A stretch of DNA of 64,000 bases from Flavobacteriales bacterium (GCA_049607525.1 JBMYWP010000011.1:2110-66109); one strand, 5' to 3'. Shown: positions 9,686-19,523, numbered from the stretch's first letter. Made by a program: numbers and translations. The notes: generated by a model not told the origin, from the sequence alone.

Positions 9686-11266
9686 TTGAATAACAAACAA
9701 CAAGCATACATTTATGGGGCTCCACATGAAGGAGAAAACTTTCGTTTAAGTAAAGCTGAAAATCGTTATCTACGAAAAAGAAATTGGATTCGTTTATTGC
9801 AATTAATAGGCCTGTTTTCTTGGGCTAGTTTTTTACTTCTGTTACCTCTTCTACTTTTCATTCCCTTATTAAAGGATTGGTATGATAACGGTATAAATGG
9901 ATTAGCTATTTTTCTAATAATCTTATGTCTGTTTGTATGGTTTATAGTATGGAAAGCTTGGGGCAAAACACTTAAACAGGCTTTTAAAACACCTTGGTGG
10001 CTATCTTTAGAAAATGCAAAAGGAATAACACTTACTGGTCATTTTGGGACACTTATTCATCCTACTGGGGAGATTGAAAATTTATGGACAATTAATAATA
10101 CGGTTGTAGATTTTCCGAAACATTGGACTCGCTCTTTAGACAAAATAATCTCTAATTTTGACAAACCTGAATTGGTTACATTTCGAGTCGCAAAAATACC
10201 TCAAGCTACGAATAAAGTCCTGCGTTTACCAATGACTTCTGGACAATATTTCCGACACAGAACAGATATTGTTGTCGCTGACCCAAAGTATGTTGTATTG
10301 CAAGCAGGATTACGAAGTATTGAAGAAGATTGCAGAATAAATATTCCAATTCATCGAAATAACCCATTTTTGGTTGGAATGGGTGTAATGAGTTTGGTTA
10401 TTAGTCTTTTTTTAGGCATAACCTGGCATACAACAATTGAAAAAGAGCAAAACGCTATTCAAACCGTAGAGAAGAGAATTCAGAATCAAATAAAGTCCAT
10501 TGGGTTTGAACGTTCTTTAGAAAAACAAGAATTAGTAAATAGAGACTTCCCTTTGTTATCCGCTCATAAAAAACATGAAAAACACCTATTGAAGACCGAC
10601 TCTATTTCCTTTGTTGTGGTAGGTCTAAAAGATGAGCCTACTAAAAATCCCTTTATACTTTCGTCTGAAGAATATAGACTTATTTACCGTTTATCTACCG
10701 TTTCACCCTCTTTCATATTGGGTTATAGAAATAAGGCTAATTCTAAAGAGATAGACACTTATCGCAATAAATTATTAACGATTATTGATAAGAGTAAAAA
10801 CACATCGAATAAATTACAAGAATTATGGAAAACAAAAGTCCAAAGCATGGATAATGCATTAATCGAAAATCAGATGCGTTCGTATGGCAACAGACTTTTG
10901 GCCTTTCCAAATTTTGTGAGCGAGCTTCTACCGTTACCCATAGTATATATTCCAAAAACACCAGTTTATACTCCTTTTTGCATTAACAAATCCGTTTTTT
11001 GTTCTATTAATTCAAATAAAATTCAACTCATTCATCAAAAAGATGCCTTTTTTACGGTAAAAAACAATGCTATTTTTCTAACCAAAGCCAATGAAATGGA
11101 ATATTTAGCAACGCTACAAACAAAGTTCAATAAACTACAAAACGTGTTTAAGCATTCAATATGGCTTGGTTGGTTGACATTAATCGGTTTTATTTCTGGT
11201 TTATTCATTATAATCCTGTTTATGACTGCCAGAATAAAAGCAAGTAGAGTCTATAAGAACTTTTAA
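9686..11266 (+). CDS. hypothetical membrane protein
   Basis: 526 aa with a TTG start in the ORF track. Two N-terminal TM helices, one central and one C-terminal TM helix. No recognised domain. Confidence 0.5.
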   Translation: MNNKQQAYIYGAPHEGENFRLSKAENRYLRKRNWIRLLQLIGLFSWASFLLLLPLLLFIPLLKDWYDNGINGLAIFLIILCLFVWFIVWKAWGKTLKQAFKTPWWLSLENAKGITLTGHFGTLIHPTGEIENLWTINNTVVDFPKHWTRSLDKIISNFDKPELVTFRVAKIPQATNKVLRLPMTSGQYFRHRTDIVVADPKYVVLQAGLRSIEEDCRINIPIHRNNPFLVGMGVMSLVISLFLGITWHTTIEKEQNAIQTVEKRIQNQIKSIGFERSLEKQELVNRDFPLLSAHKKHEKHLLKTDSISFVVVGLKDEPTKNPFILSSEEYRLIYRLSTVSPSFILGYRNKANSKEIDTYRNKLLTIIDKSKNTSNKLQELWKTKVQSMDNALIENQMRSYGNRLLAFPNFVSELLPLPIVYIPKTPVYTPFCINKSVFCSINSNKIQLIHQKDAFFTVKNNAIFLTKANEMEYLATLQTKFNKLQNVFKHSIWLGWLTLIGFISGLFIIILFMTARIKASRVYKNF

Positions 11267-11268
11267 AA

Positions 11269-12186
11269 ATGAAAGACGATTTTATGAACAAAATATTCAG
11301 CAACCCGCAATTTTGGAAAACTTACGAACGTCTTTTTTTAGAAGGCGAAGAAAAACGATTTAATTCAGAAGACGTTTTGGCTGAATTAAAAAAAGATTTT
11401 GAAATAGAGGTCAGAAAACATACTTATATTTCCAATGCCGAAGAACAACAGATCATTGATATTAGTAAAGCCATTGGAAATCAATTACCTTATTCTGAAG
11501 ATGAAAATTATTCAACAAAATTCTATCAACTTTATGATGATTTAAAACTATCCGATACATTTTCAATCTCCAAATATAAAGACAAAACCATCGTTTCGGA
11601 ATTGACTTTTGTCCAACTCAAATTTCCTTTGCCTTTGGATGCTGTTTTGATTTTAGAACTTGAAATTGATAAAAAACCGCATGCCATTCCTGAGCAGAGT
11701 TTGTTTTTGATGCATCAAAATGAAAAGCACCAATTAGGATTTTGGGATTCTGCCCATTGGCTACCCTTTTGTTTTCAATTACAAGAATTAGAAACGCTTT
11801 GTAATTATTGGGATAACTCAAAGAGTAATTGGCAAAACCAAGGCGATTTGGCTTTTACCTTATTAGCAAAATTTATAGGGATTTCTTCCAATGCAGAACA
11901 AAATTATATTGTAGAAAAATATCAAAACCTATTAGCTAAAAGAGGATTAACCACCGAAGAAACATTTCCTTCTCACACCGAATGTAAATGGATAAAAACC
12001 GAAAAAGGAGAAGAATTTGTTTCGGTAAGTTTACCTAAACACTTAAAACATTTAGATGTAAAAGGTATAGAAACAAGAGCATTGAGCTATTCCTTGAGAA
12101 AGCAAAATTACTGTAATATTGAAAACTTTGAAGAGTTTCCGTTTGAGTTATGGAATGAAGTGATGAAAACTTTAACAACCAATTGA
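11269..12186 (+). CDS. hypothetical protein
   Basis: 305-aa ORF starting 2 nt after the previous stop, with coding-like composition. No recognised domain. Confidence 0.5.
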   Translation: MKDDFMNKIFSNPQFWKTYERLFLEGEEKRFNSEDVLAELKKDFEIEVRKHTYISNAEEQQIIDISKAIGNQLPYSEDENYSTKFYQLYDDLKLSDTFSISKYKDKTIVSELTFVQLKFPLPLDAVLILELEIDKKPHAIPEQSLFLMHQNEKHQLGFWDSAHWLPFCFQLQELETLCNYWDNSKSNWQNQGDLAFTLLAKFIGISSNAEQNYIVEKYQNLLAKRGLTTEETFPSHTECKWIKTEKGEEFVSVSLPKHLKHLDVKGIETRALSYSLRKQNYCNIENFEEFPFELWNEVMKTLTTN

Positions 12187-12195
12187 ATTCATCCC

Positions 12196-12531
12196 ATGAA
12201 AAAATATGATTTAAGCATACCGCAATACTGGAAAATTAACAAACATGAGTTCTATGATATTAATTTAGAAACCTATTTTTCTATACCGTTTGAAGAAAGA
12301 AATCATTTTGTCCTGCTGGAAGACATTGCACAGTTTTCCTGTAAAACCTCAGATGGGAATTTAACAATGGATTTGGGTTGGTATCCCGAAGAAAATAAAG
12401 ATGGCGCCTACACCCTTTTATTGATTAAAGATTTTGATTGGGATAAACCTGTTGAAAAATTTCAAACTAGAAATGGAAATGAAATAGCAAAAACAATTCA
12501 GGTTTGGTTTGAAAAATACAATAATTTATAA
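12196..12531 (+). CDS. hypothetical small protein (immunity-like size)
   Basis: 111-aa ORF, tightly spaced in the same strand block. No motif recognised. Confidence 0.45.
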   Translation: MKKYDLSIPQYWKINKHEFYDINLETYFSIPFEERNHFVLLEDIAQFSCKTSDGNLTMDLGWYPEENKDGAYTLLLIKDFDWDKPVEKFQTRNGNEIAKTIQVWFEKYNNL

Positions 12532-12660
12532 TCTTAATTTGGGATTATAAATTATTAACAACACCATCAAACAACGCTTACAAAACAAATCCTTTCAAAT
12601 ATTATTTGATTTCCATAATCCAAATATTTTCCATTTACTTCGTGGTAAATAGGTAGAAAA

Positions 12661-13710
12661 ATGGAACAGAAAATCACTTTATATTTTAATCAAGGTTCAA
12701 GCGATAAAGTTTACAAAGCGGCTTTAGAGGAGAAAGACGGATTGTATTTTGTAAACTTCGCTTACGGAAGACGAGGAAATACGCTTAAAACAGGAACAAA
12801 AACCCAAGTCGGTGTGGAGTTAGAAAAGGCTCAGAAAATATTCGACAAATTAGTAAATGGTAAAATGGCCAAAGGATACGAGAAATCAGAATCGGAGTCC
12901 AATGCCCATTATGTTTATGAATCGGATAAAATACAAACTGGAATACATTGTCAATTGCTTAATCCGATTGAGGAAAATACCCTGCAAGAAAAACTGAAAG
13001 ATGATCGATGGGTTTTACAAGCAAAAATGGATGGAAAACGTCTTTTAATCCAGAAAAAAGGAACAGAAGTTACTTTTATTAACCGAAAAGGGTTTTCGGT
13101 TGGTGCTCCAGATCAATTTCTAAATTGGGCGAATTCTATTTCCATTGATTTTTTAATAGATGGTGAAGCCATTGGTGAAGAATTTTATGCTTTTGATTTG
13201 TGGCAATACGATTCAAACGATTTAAAGGCTTTATCTTATGCCGAACGATTACCTTTTTTACAGAAAATGGACTGGAATAATAATATACACCTTGTCTCTA
13301 CAGCTTTTAGTTCATCGGAAAAAGAAAATCTTTATCAGCAATTAAAAGAAAAACATGCCGAAGGTATAGTTCTAAAACATTTGGACGCCCCTATTACTCC
13401 TGGTAGACCAAATTCTGGTGGACACCAACTTAAATTTAAATTTTACGAAACAGCCTCTTTCGTTGTCCATAAAATTAACGACAAACGAAGTGTGGGAATT
13501 CAGGTTTTTGAAAACGGCAAACCGATTGATGTTGGAAATGTTACCATTCCTCCCAACAAAAAAATACCGGCAGTACTTGACATTATCGAGATACGGTATT
13601 TGTATGCGTTTAAAGGCGGAAGCGTGTATCAACCCACTTTTTTAAATGCTAGAGATGATCTAAATCCGGAAGAATGTAGCTTAGAACAATTAAAATTTAA
13701 GCCAGAATAA
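12661..13710 (+). CDS. WGR domain-containing ATP-dependent DNA ligase
   Basis: N-terminal WGR: 'LYFNQGSSDKVYKAALEEKDGLYFVNFAYGRRGNTLKTGTKT...KAQKIFDKLVNGKMAKGY'. Nucleotidyltransferase motifs follow in order: I 'AKMDGKR' (Lys at 13024-13026), III 'FLIDGEAI', IIIa 'FYAFDLW', IV 'EGIVLK', V 'QLKFKF'. An OB-like tail comes last. Confidence 0.85.
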   Translation: MEQKITLYFNQGSSDKVYKAALEEKDGLYFVNFAYGRRGNTLKTGTKTQVGVELEKAQKIFDKLVNGKMAKGYEKSESESNAHYVYESDKIQTGIHCQLLNPIEENTLQEKLKDDRWVLQAKMDGKRLLIQKKGTEVTFINRKGFSVGAPDQFLNWANSISIDFLIDGEAIGEEFYAFDLWQYDSNDLKALSYAERLPFLQKMDWNNNIHLVSTAFSSSEKENLYQQLKEKHAEGIVLKHLDAPITPGRPNSGGHQLKFKFYETASFVVHKINDKRSVGIQVFENGKPIDVGNVTIPPNKKIPAVLDIIEIRYLYAFKGGSVYQPTFLNARDDLNPEECSLEQLKFKPE

Positions 13711-13729
13711 TACAAATAAAAAAAATCCA

Positions 13730-14491
13730 ATGAAACATTTTTTTCAAAAACCGAACAGAGCATACTCACTTTGCTTTATCCTATTTTTTGTGATTTCCTG
13801 CGGAAACCTAGGAAAACCAAGTAAAGAAGAGCTTGTCCAAAACGTTAATCAAGAGAACCAAATGATTTATGTTTGGTCATTAAATGCCATCTTGAATATA
13901 GAAAACACAGCCAATAATTTTATTTATGGAGGTGAAAAAGAAAATCACACCTATCAAAATGATTATCAAAAAGCACTTAAAGAATGGTGGGATATTTCGA
14001 ATCGATTTGATTGTAAAAAAACTGTTGAGCAATTAATTGCTAGAAAAATGCATAACGATCAATTTAAAATGGAATTTGAGAACTTCTTCACCATGACAGA
14101 AACAGAATTTGAACAAACCATTAAGAATGAAACAAAATATAAAGCCTTGTATCAACAATTAAAAGATAACAAAGAAACTCTGCAAAAAAATGGAATTATT
14201 GCTTGGGATTTGGTGAGAGCCTCTAGCATTATTGCATGGGGTTACAATGCGAGGTATTTCAATAAACAACAAGCATATCAGTATAGTTTGGAGGTTGGTA
14301 AAGCCATTCAAGAAAACTTTAACTCCTATTCTGAAATGTCAGAAAATTACTTATTGGGGTATTTTTATTGGTCAAATGATGAAAATCAATTCAATAAACG
14401 AATGAAAATACGACAAGAATTATTAGATAACTCCAGTTCGGTTTGGAATCTTTTCCCGTTCATATATGATATGAGTGCGAAGGATAAATAA
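13730..14491 (+). CDS. DUF1266 domain-containing lipoprotein
   Basis: Lipobox 'FFVISCGN'. 'AWDLVRASSIIAWGYNARYFNKQQAYQY' and 'FNSYSEMSENYLLGYFYW' match the DUF1266 pattern (AWDl.R...l.R.gy.agyi ... f.SW.e....yl.G..fW). Confidence 0.7.
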   Translation: MKHFFQKPNRAYSLCFILFFVISCGNLGKPSKEELVQNVNQENQMIYVWSLNAILNIENTANNFIYGGEKENHTYQNDYQKALKEWWDISNRFDCKKTVEQLIARKMHNDQFKMEFENFFTMTETEFEQTIKNETKYKALYQQLKDNKETLQKNGIIAWDLVRASSIIAWGYNARYFNKQQAYQYSLEVGKAIQENFNSYSEMSENYLLGYFYWSNDENQFNKRMKIRQELLDNSSSVWNLFPFIYDMSAKDK

Positions 14492-14605
14492 ACCCGATTT
14501 CAACTTTTAATTACGGATATAAACTAAATGGTTTCGGATAATAATTGGTTTATGCTTTAGGGAAAAAGCATTCTATTTTTGAATCAAAATCTAAAAACAA
14601 TCAGA

Positions 14606-15205
14606 ATGAAAACATTAAAAATGTGGGCATCTGCTCTAATTATCGGACTTACATTAAATTCTTGCGATTTATTTAAAGCTAAAGATTTAACCCAAAAAGA
14701 TGGTGTTGAGTTAATCAAAAAAGAAACAGCTAAATTCATCGATAATGTAGAGGATTATAAAGTATATGATGTAAAATTTACAGGAAAAACTTTAGAAAAT
14801 GATATTGTGAGCATTGGGATAGTTCATGACAAGAATGGAAAACCAATGAACAAACAAATGTATCTGGAAAATACGGGAAGAGGAAACGAAACGCCTGCCC
14901 GAAATGCCGAAAAATATGTTGGCGTTAAAACCAAATTGTTTAAAGACATTGACTTCTCTGGTATTCAAGCTAATATTCTTAAAGCGGTAGAAATGACTGA
15001 GAAAAATGACGCCAATTTAGAGTTTAAATCGACTTTTACTTATACGGTGAGTATGAATCCTAACGGAGGTGCTGACATCCATAATTTTACTTTAAATTTT
15101 ACCGACAAAACAGAATCCACTAAAGTAAAAGGAAAGAAAATTACCACAAATTATTACTCGGTTTCCTTTACAACAATAAATGGATCGGTTGAAGTTAAGG
15201 CATAA
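14606..15205 (+). CDS. hypothetical lipoprotein
   Basis: ORF 14579..15205. I prefer the ATG at 14606 (MKTLKMWASALIIGLTLNSC, lipobox). Confidence 0.55.
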   Translation: MKTLKMWASALIIGLTLNSCDLFKAKDLTQKDGVELIKKETAKFIDNVEDYKVYDVKFTGKTLENDIVSIGIVHDKNGKPMNKQMYLENTGRGNETPARNAEKYVGVKTKLFKDIDFSGIQANILKAVEMTEKNDANLEFKSTFTYTVSMNPNGGADIHNFTLNFTDKTESTKVKGKKITTNYYSVSFTTINGSVEVKA

Positions 15206-15298
15206 TATTATTCTATTTTCAAAATAGCAAAGTGTATTGTTTTATGGATTTAATTTCATGAAATAATGCACTTTTTTGTTTCATTAAAAAGAGAGAAC

Positions 15299-15778
15299 AT
15301 GAATAAGCAACAAATTCCTTGGAGCAGATTAAGTGGTTGGTATAATAGAGGAAATGTTATTTTAGAAAAGGTACAATTATTAGAATCTGGGGATAAAGAA
15401 AGTCAACTAAAACATTTTCAATCCATTTATAATGATATTGAACATCAAAACGGAATAATTTACGTTACCCCTTTTATTGTAAACGAACTAATTCTTCTTT
15501 TAAACAGGAAACAAACGCGTATTTCGGAGGAAATTAATCAAGGTTTAAAACAAATAAAAGAAATTGTAGATTTTCACATGGAAAATATTCCAAAAGAAGA
15601 TCTGTTGGCTCTAAAAGAAGAACATATTAACTTTGTTTTTCTTTGTCAAGAACAGTTTTTATTTCCACCCTTTATCAACCCAGATGAGGAAGAAACCCTT
15701 TGGTTAGATTTGGAAGAAGATCAAGAACATTGGCTTGTAACGTATCTTATGACGAGGATGATTTTAGCACATTTGTAA
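15299..15778 (+). CDS. hypothetical protein
   Basis: ORF 15266..15778. The ATG at 15299 (MNKQQIPW...) is likelier. Acidic C-terminal half, no motif. Confidence 0.4.
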   Translation: MNKQQIPWSRLSGWYNRGNVILEKVQLLESGDKESQLKHFQSIYNDIEHQNGIIYVTPFIVNELILLLNRKQTRISEEINQGLKQIKEIVDFHMENIPKEDLLALKEEHINFVFLCQEQFLFPPFINPDEEETLWLDLEEDQEHWLVTYLMTRMILAHL

Positions 15779-15830
15779 ATAACACAAAATGATTATACGC
15801 CTGTTTCCTCCAAATATTAACAGGTAGATA

Positions 15831-16073
15831 AATTGTCTTTTTTGTTCGTATAGAATTTGATTTTCGTTAAGAAATTGGGAAACCTTGGACCAATTTTAGA
15901 AAATCAAATGCGGTTTTTGGTCTTGTACCAAAAAATACCTTCAAAAAAGTGTCTTTTTCTTTGTTTCGTTTCTTTTGGACAAGCAAAAGAAATGAAAATC
16001 CTAGTGATAACGTCGCGGTTTTGAATTGCATTTTAATTAGGGGAAACATCCAGATAAACATATAACACCAATT
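15831..16073. repeat. duplicated intergenic leader element, copy A (partner at 45689..45933)
   Basis: Hand alignment of 15856-16047 against 45714-45905 gives 192 nt with 13 mismatches and no indels. Weaker similarity continues to each downstream ATG. Two hairpins are conserved: TTTTTGGT-5nt-ACCAAAAA (15914-15934) and TTTCTTTTG-gacaag-CAAAAGAAA (15969-15992). Confidence 0.85.
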
Positions 16074-18608
16074 ATGAAATTACCCGAAATATTACACATA
16101 CAACTACCAAAAGAATATATTATTTCGAAATCAAGTCATACTTCTTTTCGGGCTGAAAATCAAAACATAGTACATGAGGTTCAGATGCCTTATTTTGATT
16201 TTACACTAAGGAAAATTTCCGATATAAAAGTGGGTAATGACTTGGATTTTATGGCTCATTTTACCCATTGGTCTCGAGGATTTAAGACCGAAGTGGTAAG
16301 GACAGAAGAAATTATTTTCAAAGGATTTAAAACTTATATCATTCATGCCAAAACGGATGCTGTTTTTGGTAAACAAACCTATAAGCTCACTTATTTTAGT
16401 GCTTGTATTTTGTTGGATGAAACCTATTGCCTCGATTTTCAATTTACTTACGAAACGCATCTAAAACCCATTTATCAAAATCTGGTTCAAGAGGTTTTTC
16501 TATCCATTGAGAAAAAAGGAACAGCTGAAGAATGGAACAATGCTCTATTGAAAGATACCCAAGAACTTGAGGCTCAAATGAAGTTCAATGCGAGCCAAAT
16601 GGACGTCAAAGAGGAAACCAATCGATTCGAGACTTTGGAAATTCAATATCCTTTGGGAGAAAATAAAATGAATCTCTCCAATTTACCCATTGAAATAAAA
16701 GAGGCGGAATGGAAAACTCAAAGAGATGCTTTACAAATTGATTTTACCCTAAAAACATCCAATTTTGAAAAGTTAATCGAACAGGAAATTGTTTCCGATT
16801 GGAAAACCAAAGAAAGTGTTTTAGAGATTAATATCCGTGTAAAAGGCATTTATAAAAATGGGATACCAAAAGGAGAATTTATTTTAGAAGAAGGAAGAAA
16901 TAATGAGCGTGGAGCTTATGTTTCCTTTAAAAACGTTCAGACTGGATTAAATTTCTCGGGAAAACTATATTTATTCAACAACTGGGTAGTTTTGGAAGGT
17001 TGGCTTGAAAGGAGTTATGATAAAGAAAATGGTTTCCCGATTTCTCTTTATCATCAATTAGATGCCAAAACCATTGATTGGTCGAACTACGAGTTTTCAA
17101 CCTCAGAATTTGAACAAGCTCCGCCTGAAATCGTTGGAATATTAAACTACCAAGACCCGGAATTGAGTGAATTTCCAGATAAAATTCTCGCTTGTTCAAA
17201 TCTAAAAACCCTTACTATTCAAGGAGGTAAAACCAAGTGGGTAACCAATAAATATGTGAGCACCTATGCTCCAATGAATTTAATACCAAGAGAGATTGGA
17301 CAACTAAAGTCTTTAGAAAGTATTAGTCTTTTAAACTTAAGTTTAACTGAATTACCAGAAGAAATCGGGAATTTTAAAAATTTAATTAGACTGCATATTC
17401 ATGCATGTACCTTAGAAAAAATACCAGCATCTGTTTTTCAATTGCCAAAACTAAAATGGCTAAGCATTAATAGAACTTCTTTAAAAAGTATTCCCGAAAA
17501 CATCCATCTAAAAGAGTTGCAAAGTTTAAGTCTTAAAGAAAATATGCTGAGTAATCTTCCAGATTCTGTTGCCTTACAACCTCAATTAACCACTTTAAAA
17601 TTAGAAAAAAATAAGTGGGAAAGTTTGCCTCAAAATATATTAAACATAGAAGATTTGGCTTTAGAGCAGGATATAAGAAATGCTTTGTTGGATAATTCTT
17701 ATCCTGGAGCAGATGGCAGCGGAACCATTGAATGGAAAGATGATCTTTTTTGGGTGCAAAAGGATGAAGAATTTACAGAGGTAAAGAAAAAGATCGCACA
17801 GTATAAATTGGAATCTTTCACTCCATTTATTAACCGTGTTCTAAAAAAAGGAGTTGGTATTATTTTGGAAGAAAAAGACGATTATGCACAAATTGGAAAT
17901 TCTAGGATTGGTGGACACCCTGATTTACCAAAGAATATACCCTATCCAACCTTTGGTATTAAAAATGAAGATCCAAAAGAGGCATATGTTTATGAATTTA
18001 TTGGGCAAATAGATTGTGCAGAGATTTCAAATGTTCAAGATTATTTACCACGTGAAGGGATGTTGTATTTCTTTTTATCGACTATACATGACGTTTATGA
18101 AAACGAACATTCTGGAAAAGTCATTTACTATAACGGAAACGAAACATTAGTTTCGGGAAAGGAAATTCAGTTTAAAGAATCCGATTATTTTGAGGTCCTC
18201 TCAAGTCCACCCTATACACCTCAAAAGATAAACACTTCTGCCATTCAATCCCTACCACATTTGTATGCTGCAAATCAAAATAAACATTGGTTTAAAAATG
18301 AGGCTGAAATGGAAAACGTAAGAGAAGCTTATGATACTAACGATGATTTACTCTCCTTAACAGAAGATTTAGATCCCGAATTTGATTTGGGTATAAACAC
18401 ATATATGTTTACGCAACATGAAAGTCCAGAATTACAAGCTGCCATAAAACACCGTGGAAATCCAGAAGATTGGATAATTCTATTGCAGGTAACCTCTTGT
18501 GGTGATTTCCAATGGGGAGATGCGGGAGATTTAGCTTTTGTGATTCATAAATCGGATTTAGCAAAAAAAGATTTCTCGAAGATTTTTGTAACCATGGAAA
18601 GTAGTTAG
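16074..18608 (+). CDS. LRR + DUF1963 (YwqG-like) domain protein
   Basis: 844 aa. Central leucine-rich repeats 'LKSLESISLLNLSLTELPEEIGNFKNLIRLHIHACTLEKIPASVFQLPKLKWLSINRTSLKSIP'. C-terminal DUF1963 hallmarks 'NSRIGGHPDLPKNIPYP', 'LPREGMLYFFL', 'ILLQVTSCGDFQWGDAGDLAFVIHKSDL'. Confidence 0.8.
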   Translation: MKLPEILHIQLPKEYIISKSSHTSFRAENQNIVHEVQMPYFDFTLRKISDIKVGNDLDFMAHFTHWSRGFKTEVVRTEEIIFKGFKTYIIHAKTDAVFGKQTYKLTYFSACILLDETYCLDFQFTYETHLKPIYQNLVQEVFLSIEKKGTAEEWNNALLKDTQELEAQMKFNASQMDVKEETNRFETLEIQYPLGENKMNLSNLPIEIKEAEWKTQRDALQIDFTLKTSNFEKLIEQEIVSDWKTKESVLEINIRVKGIYKNGIPKGEFILEEGRNNERGAYVSFKNVQTGLNFSGKLYLFNNWVVLEGWLERSYDKENGFPISLYHQLDAKTIDWSNYEFSTSEFEQAPPEIVGILNYQDPELSEFPDKILACSNLKTLTIQGGKTKWVTNKYVSTYAPMNLIPREIGQLKSLESISLLNLSLTELPEEIGNFKNLIRLHIHACTLEKIPASVFQLPKLKWLSINRTSLKSIPENIHLKELQSLSLKENMLSNLPDSVALQPQLTTLKLEKNKWESLPQNILNIEDLALEQDIRNALLDNSYPGADGSGTIEWKDDLFWVQKDEEFTEVKKKIAQYKLESFTPFINRVLKKGVGIILEEKDDYAQIGNSRIGGHPDLPKNIPYPTFGIKNEDPKEAYVYEFIGQIDCAEISNVQDYLPREGMLYFFLSTIHDVYENEHSGKVIYYNGNETLVSGKEIQFKESDYFEVLSSPPYTPQKINTSAIQSLPHLYAANQNKHWFKNEAEMENVREAYDTNDDLLSLTEDLDPEFDLGINTYMFTQHESPELQAAIKHRGNPEDWIILLQVTSCGDFQWGDAGDLAFVIHKSDLAKKDFSKIFVTMESS

Positions 18609-18683
18609 GATGTGTAATTTTTTTTTATGATTCTTTGGGCTGGACGATGCGATTTAAATAGATTTTTTTTCGGGAATAATGGA

Positions 18684-18712
18684 ATGTAGATATTGGAAAA
18701 CAATATCTACAT
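18684..18712. terminator. 12-bp perfect hairpin between convergent genes
   Basis: ATGTAGATATTG-gaaaa-CAATATCTACAT lies between the stops at 18608 (+) and 18719 (-). T8/T9 runs occur just upstream, but there is no clean U-tract immediately after the stem. Confidence 0.45.
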
Positions 18713-18718
18713 CAAACA

Positions 18719-19489
18719 TCATTTTTTCTCTTTATGCACATCTTTAAACTTTATCATATCCAATAACCTTTGCTCTTTGTCGTTATCAAAACCACAAGAT
18801 GTTTTGAATTCTTTTGGGTTTTCGTAGGTTCCGAATAACATATCCCACCAAACAATATCACCATAATTATTCGTGTGTTTATTGTATTCGTGATGGATTC
18901 TGTGCATTTCTGGTCGTTGAAATATATATCCAATCCATTGTGGTGTTTTTACATTAGTATGATAAAAAAACTCGCCCAAAGCAGTACATAACGTATAAAT
19001 TGCACCGGCCTCTACGCTTAAACCTAAAAATGTGTAAACCAACAAACTTCCAATTATTGAATTAACCGTCATTTCTAAAGGATGTTTGTAAAAAGACGTG
19101 ATCACCTCAAGCCGTTGTGGACTGTGGTGAATTTGATGAAATCTTGTCCATAAAAAATCATAGGTATGTCTCCATCTATGCCACCAATAGAAAATAAAAG
19201 TCGCAATAAAATAAGCAATTATACCACCCCAATATGGATTTGTATAATTGGATAAATGAAATAAAGAAACAGAAGAAAGCCATTTCTCCCAAGAAACACC
19301 AGCGAGCATAACTACCCCAAGCTGAATAAAATTAACGCCTAAAACTCGAATTGTCCAAGTAGGAACTTCTGGTAATTTCCACCCCGGAATAATTCTTTCG
19401 AGGATGAAGCAGAAACCAAATACTAAAAAAATTGTAACTAACATATTTTGTGAATTATTGATTAATACCTCACAAATGTAATGGTCCAA
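18719..19489 (-). CDS. fatty acid hydroxylase / sterol desaturase family protein
   Basis: Three histidine boxes, 'HRWRH', 'HQIHH' and 'HRIHHEYNKHTNNYG', within a multi-TM protein. The start may instead be the ATG at 19444. Confidence 0.8.
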   Translation of the reverse strand: MDHYICEVLINNSQNMLVTIFLVFGFCFILERIIPGWKLPEVPTWTIRVLGVNFIQLGVVMLAGVSWEKWLSSVSLFHLSNYTNPYWGGIIAYFIATFIFYWWHRWRHTYDFLWTRFHQIHHSPQRLEVITSFYKHPLEMTVNSIIGSLLVYTFLGLSVEAGAIYTLCTALGEFFYHTNVKTPQWIGYIFQRPEMHRIHHEYNKHTNNYGDIVWWDMLFGTYENPKEFKTSCGFDNDKEQRLLDMIKFKDVHKEKK

Positions 19490-19523
19490 TTTTCAAAACT
19501 CATTAACCCAAGTTAAGAACAGA

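Noticed and set aside
15867-16061. 64-aa minus-strand ORF inside the duplicated leader element
   Set aside because: The near-identical copy at 45689..45933 does not preserve an ORF; none is reported in the track. The conservation is therefore nucleotide-level, and I treat the region as non-coding.
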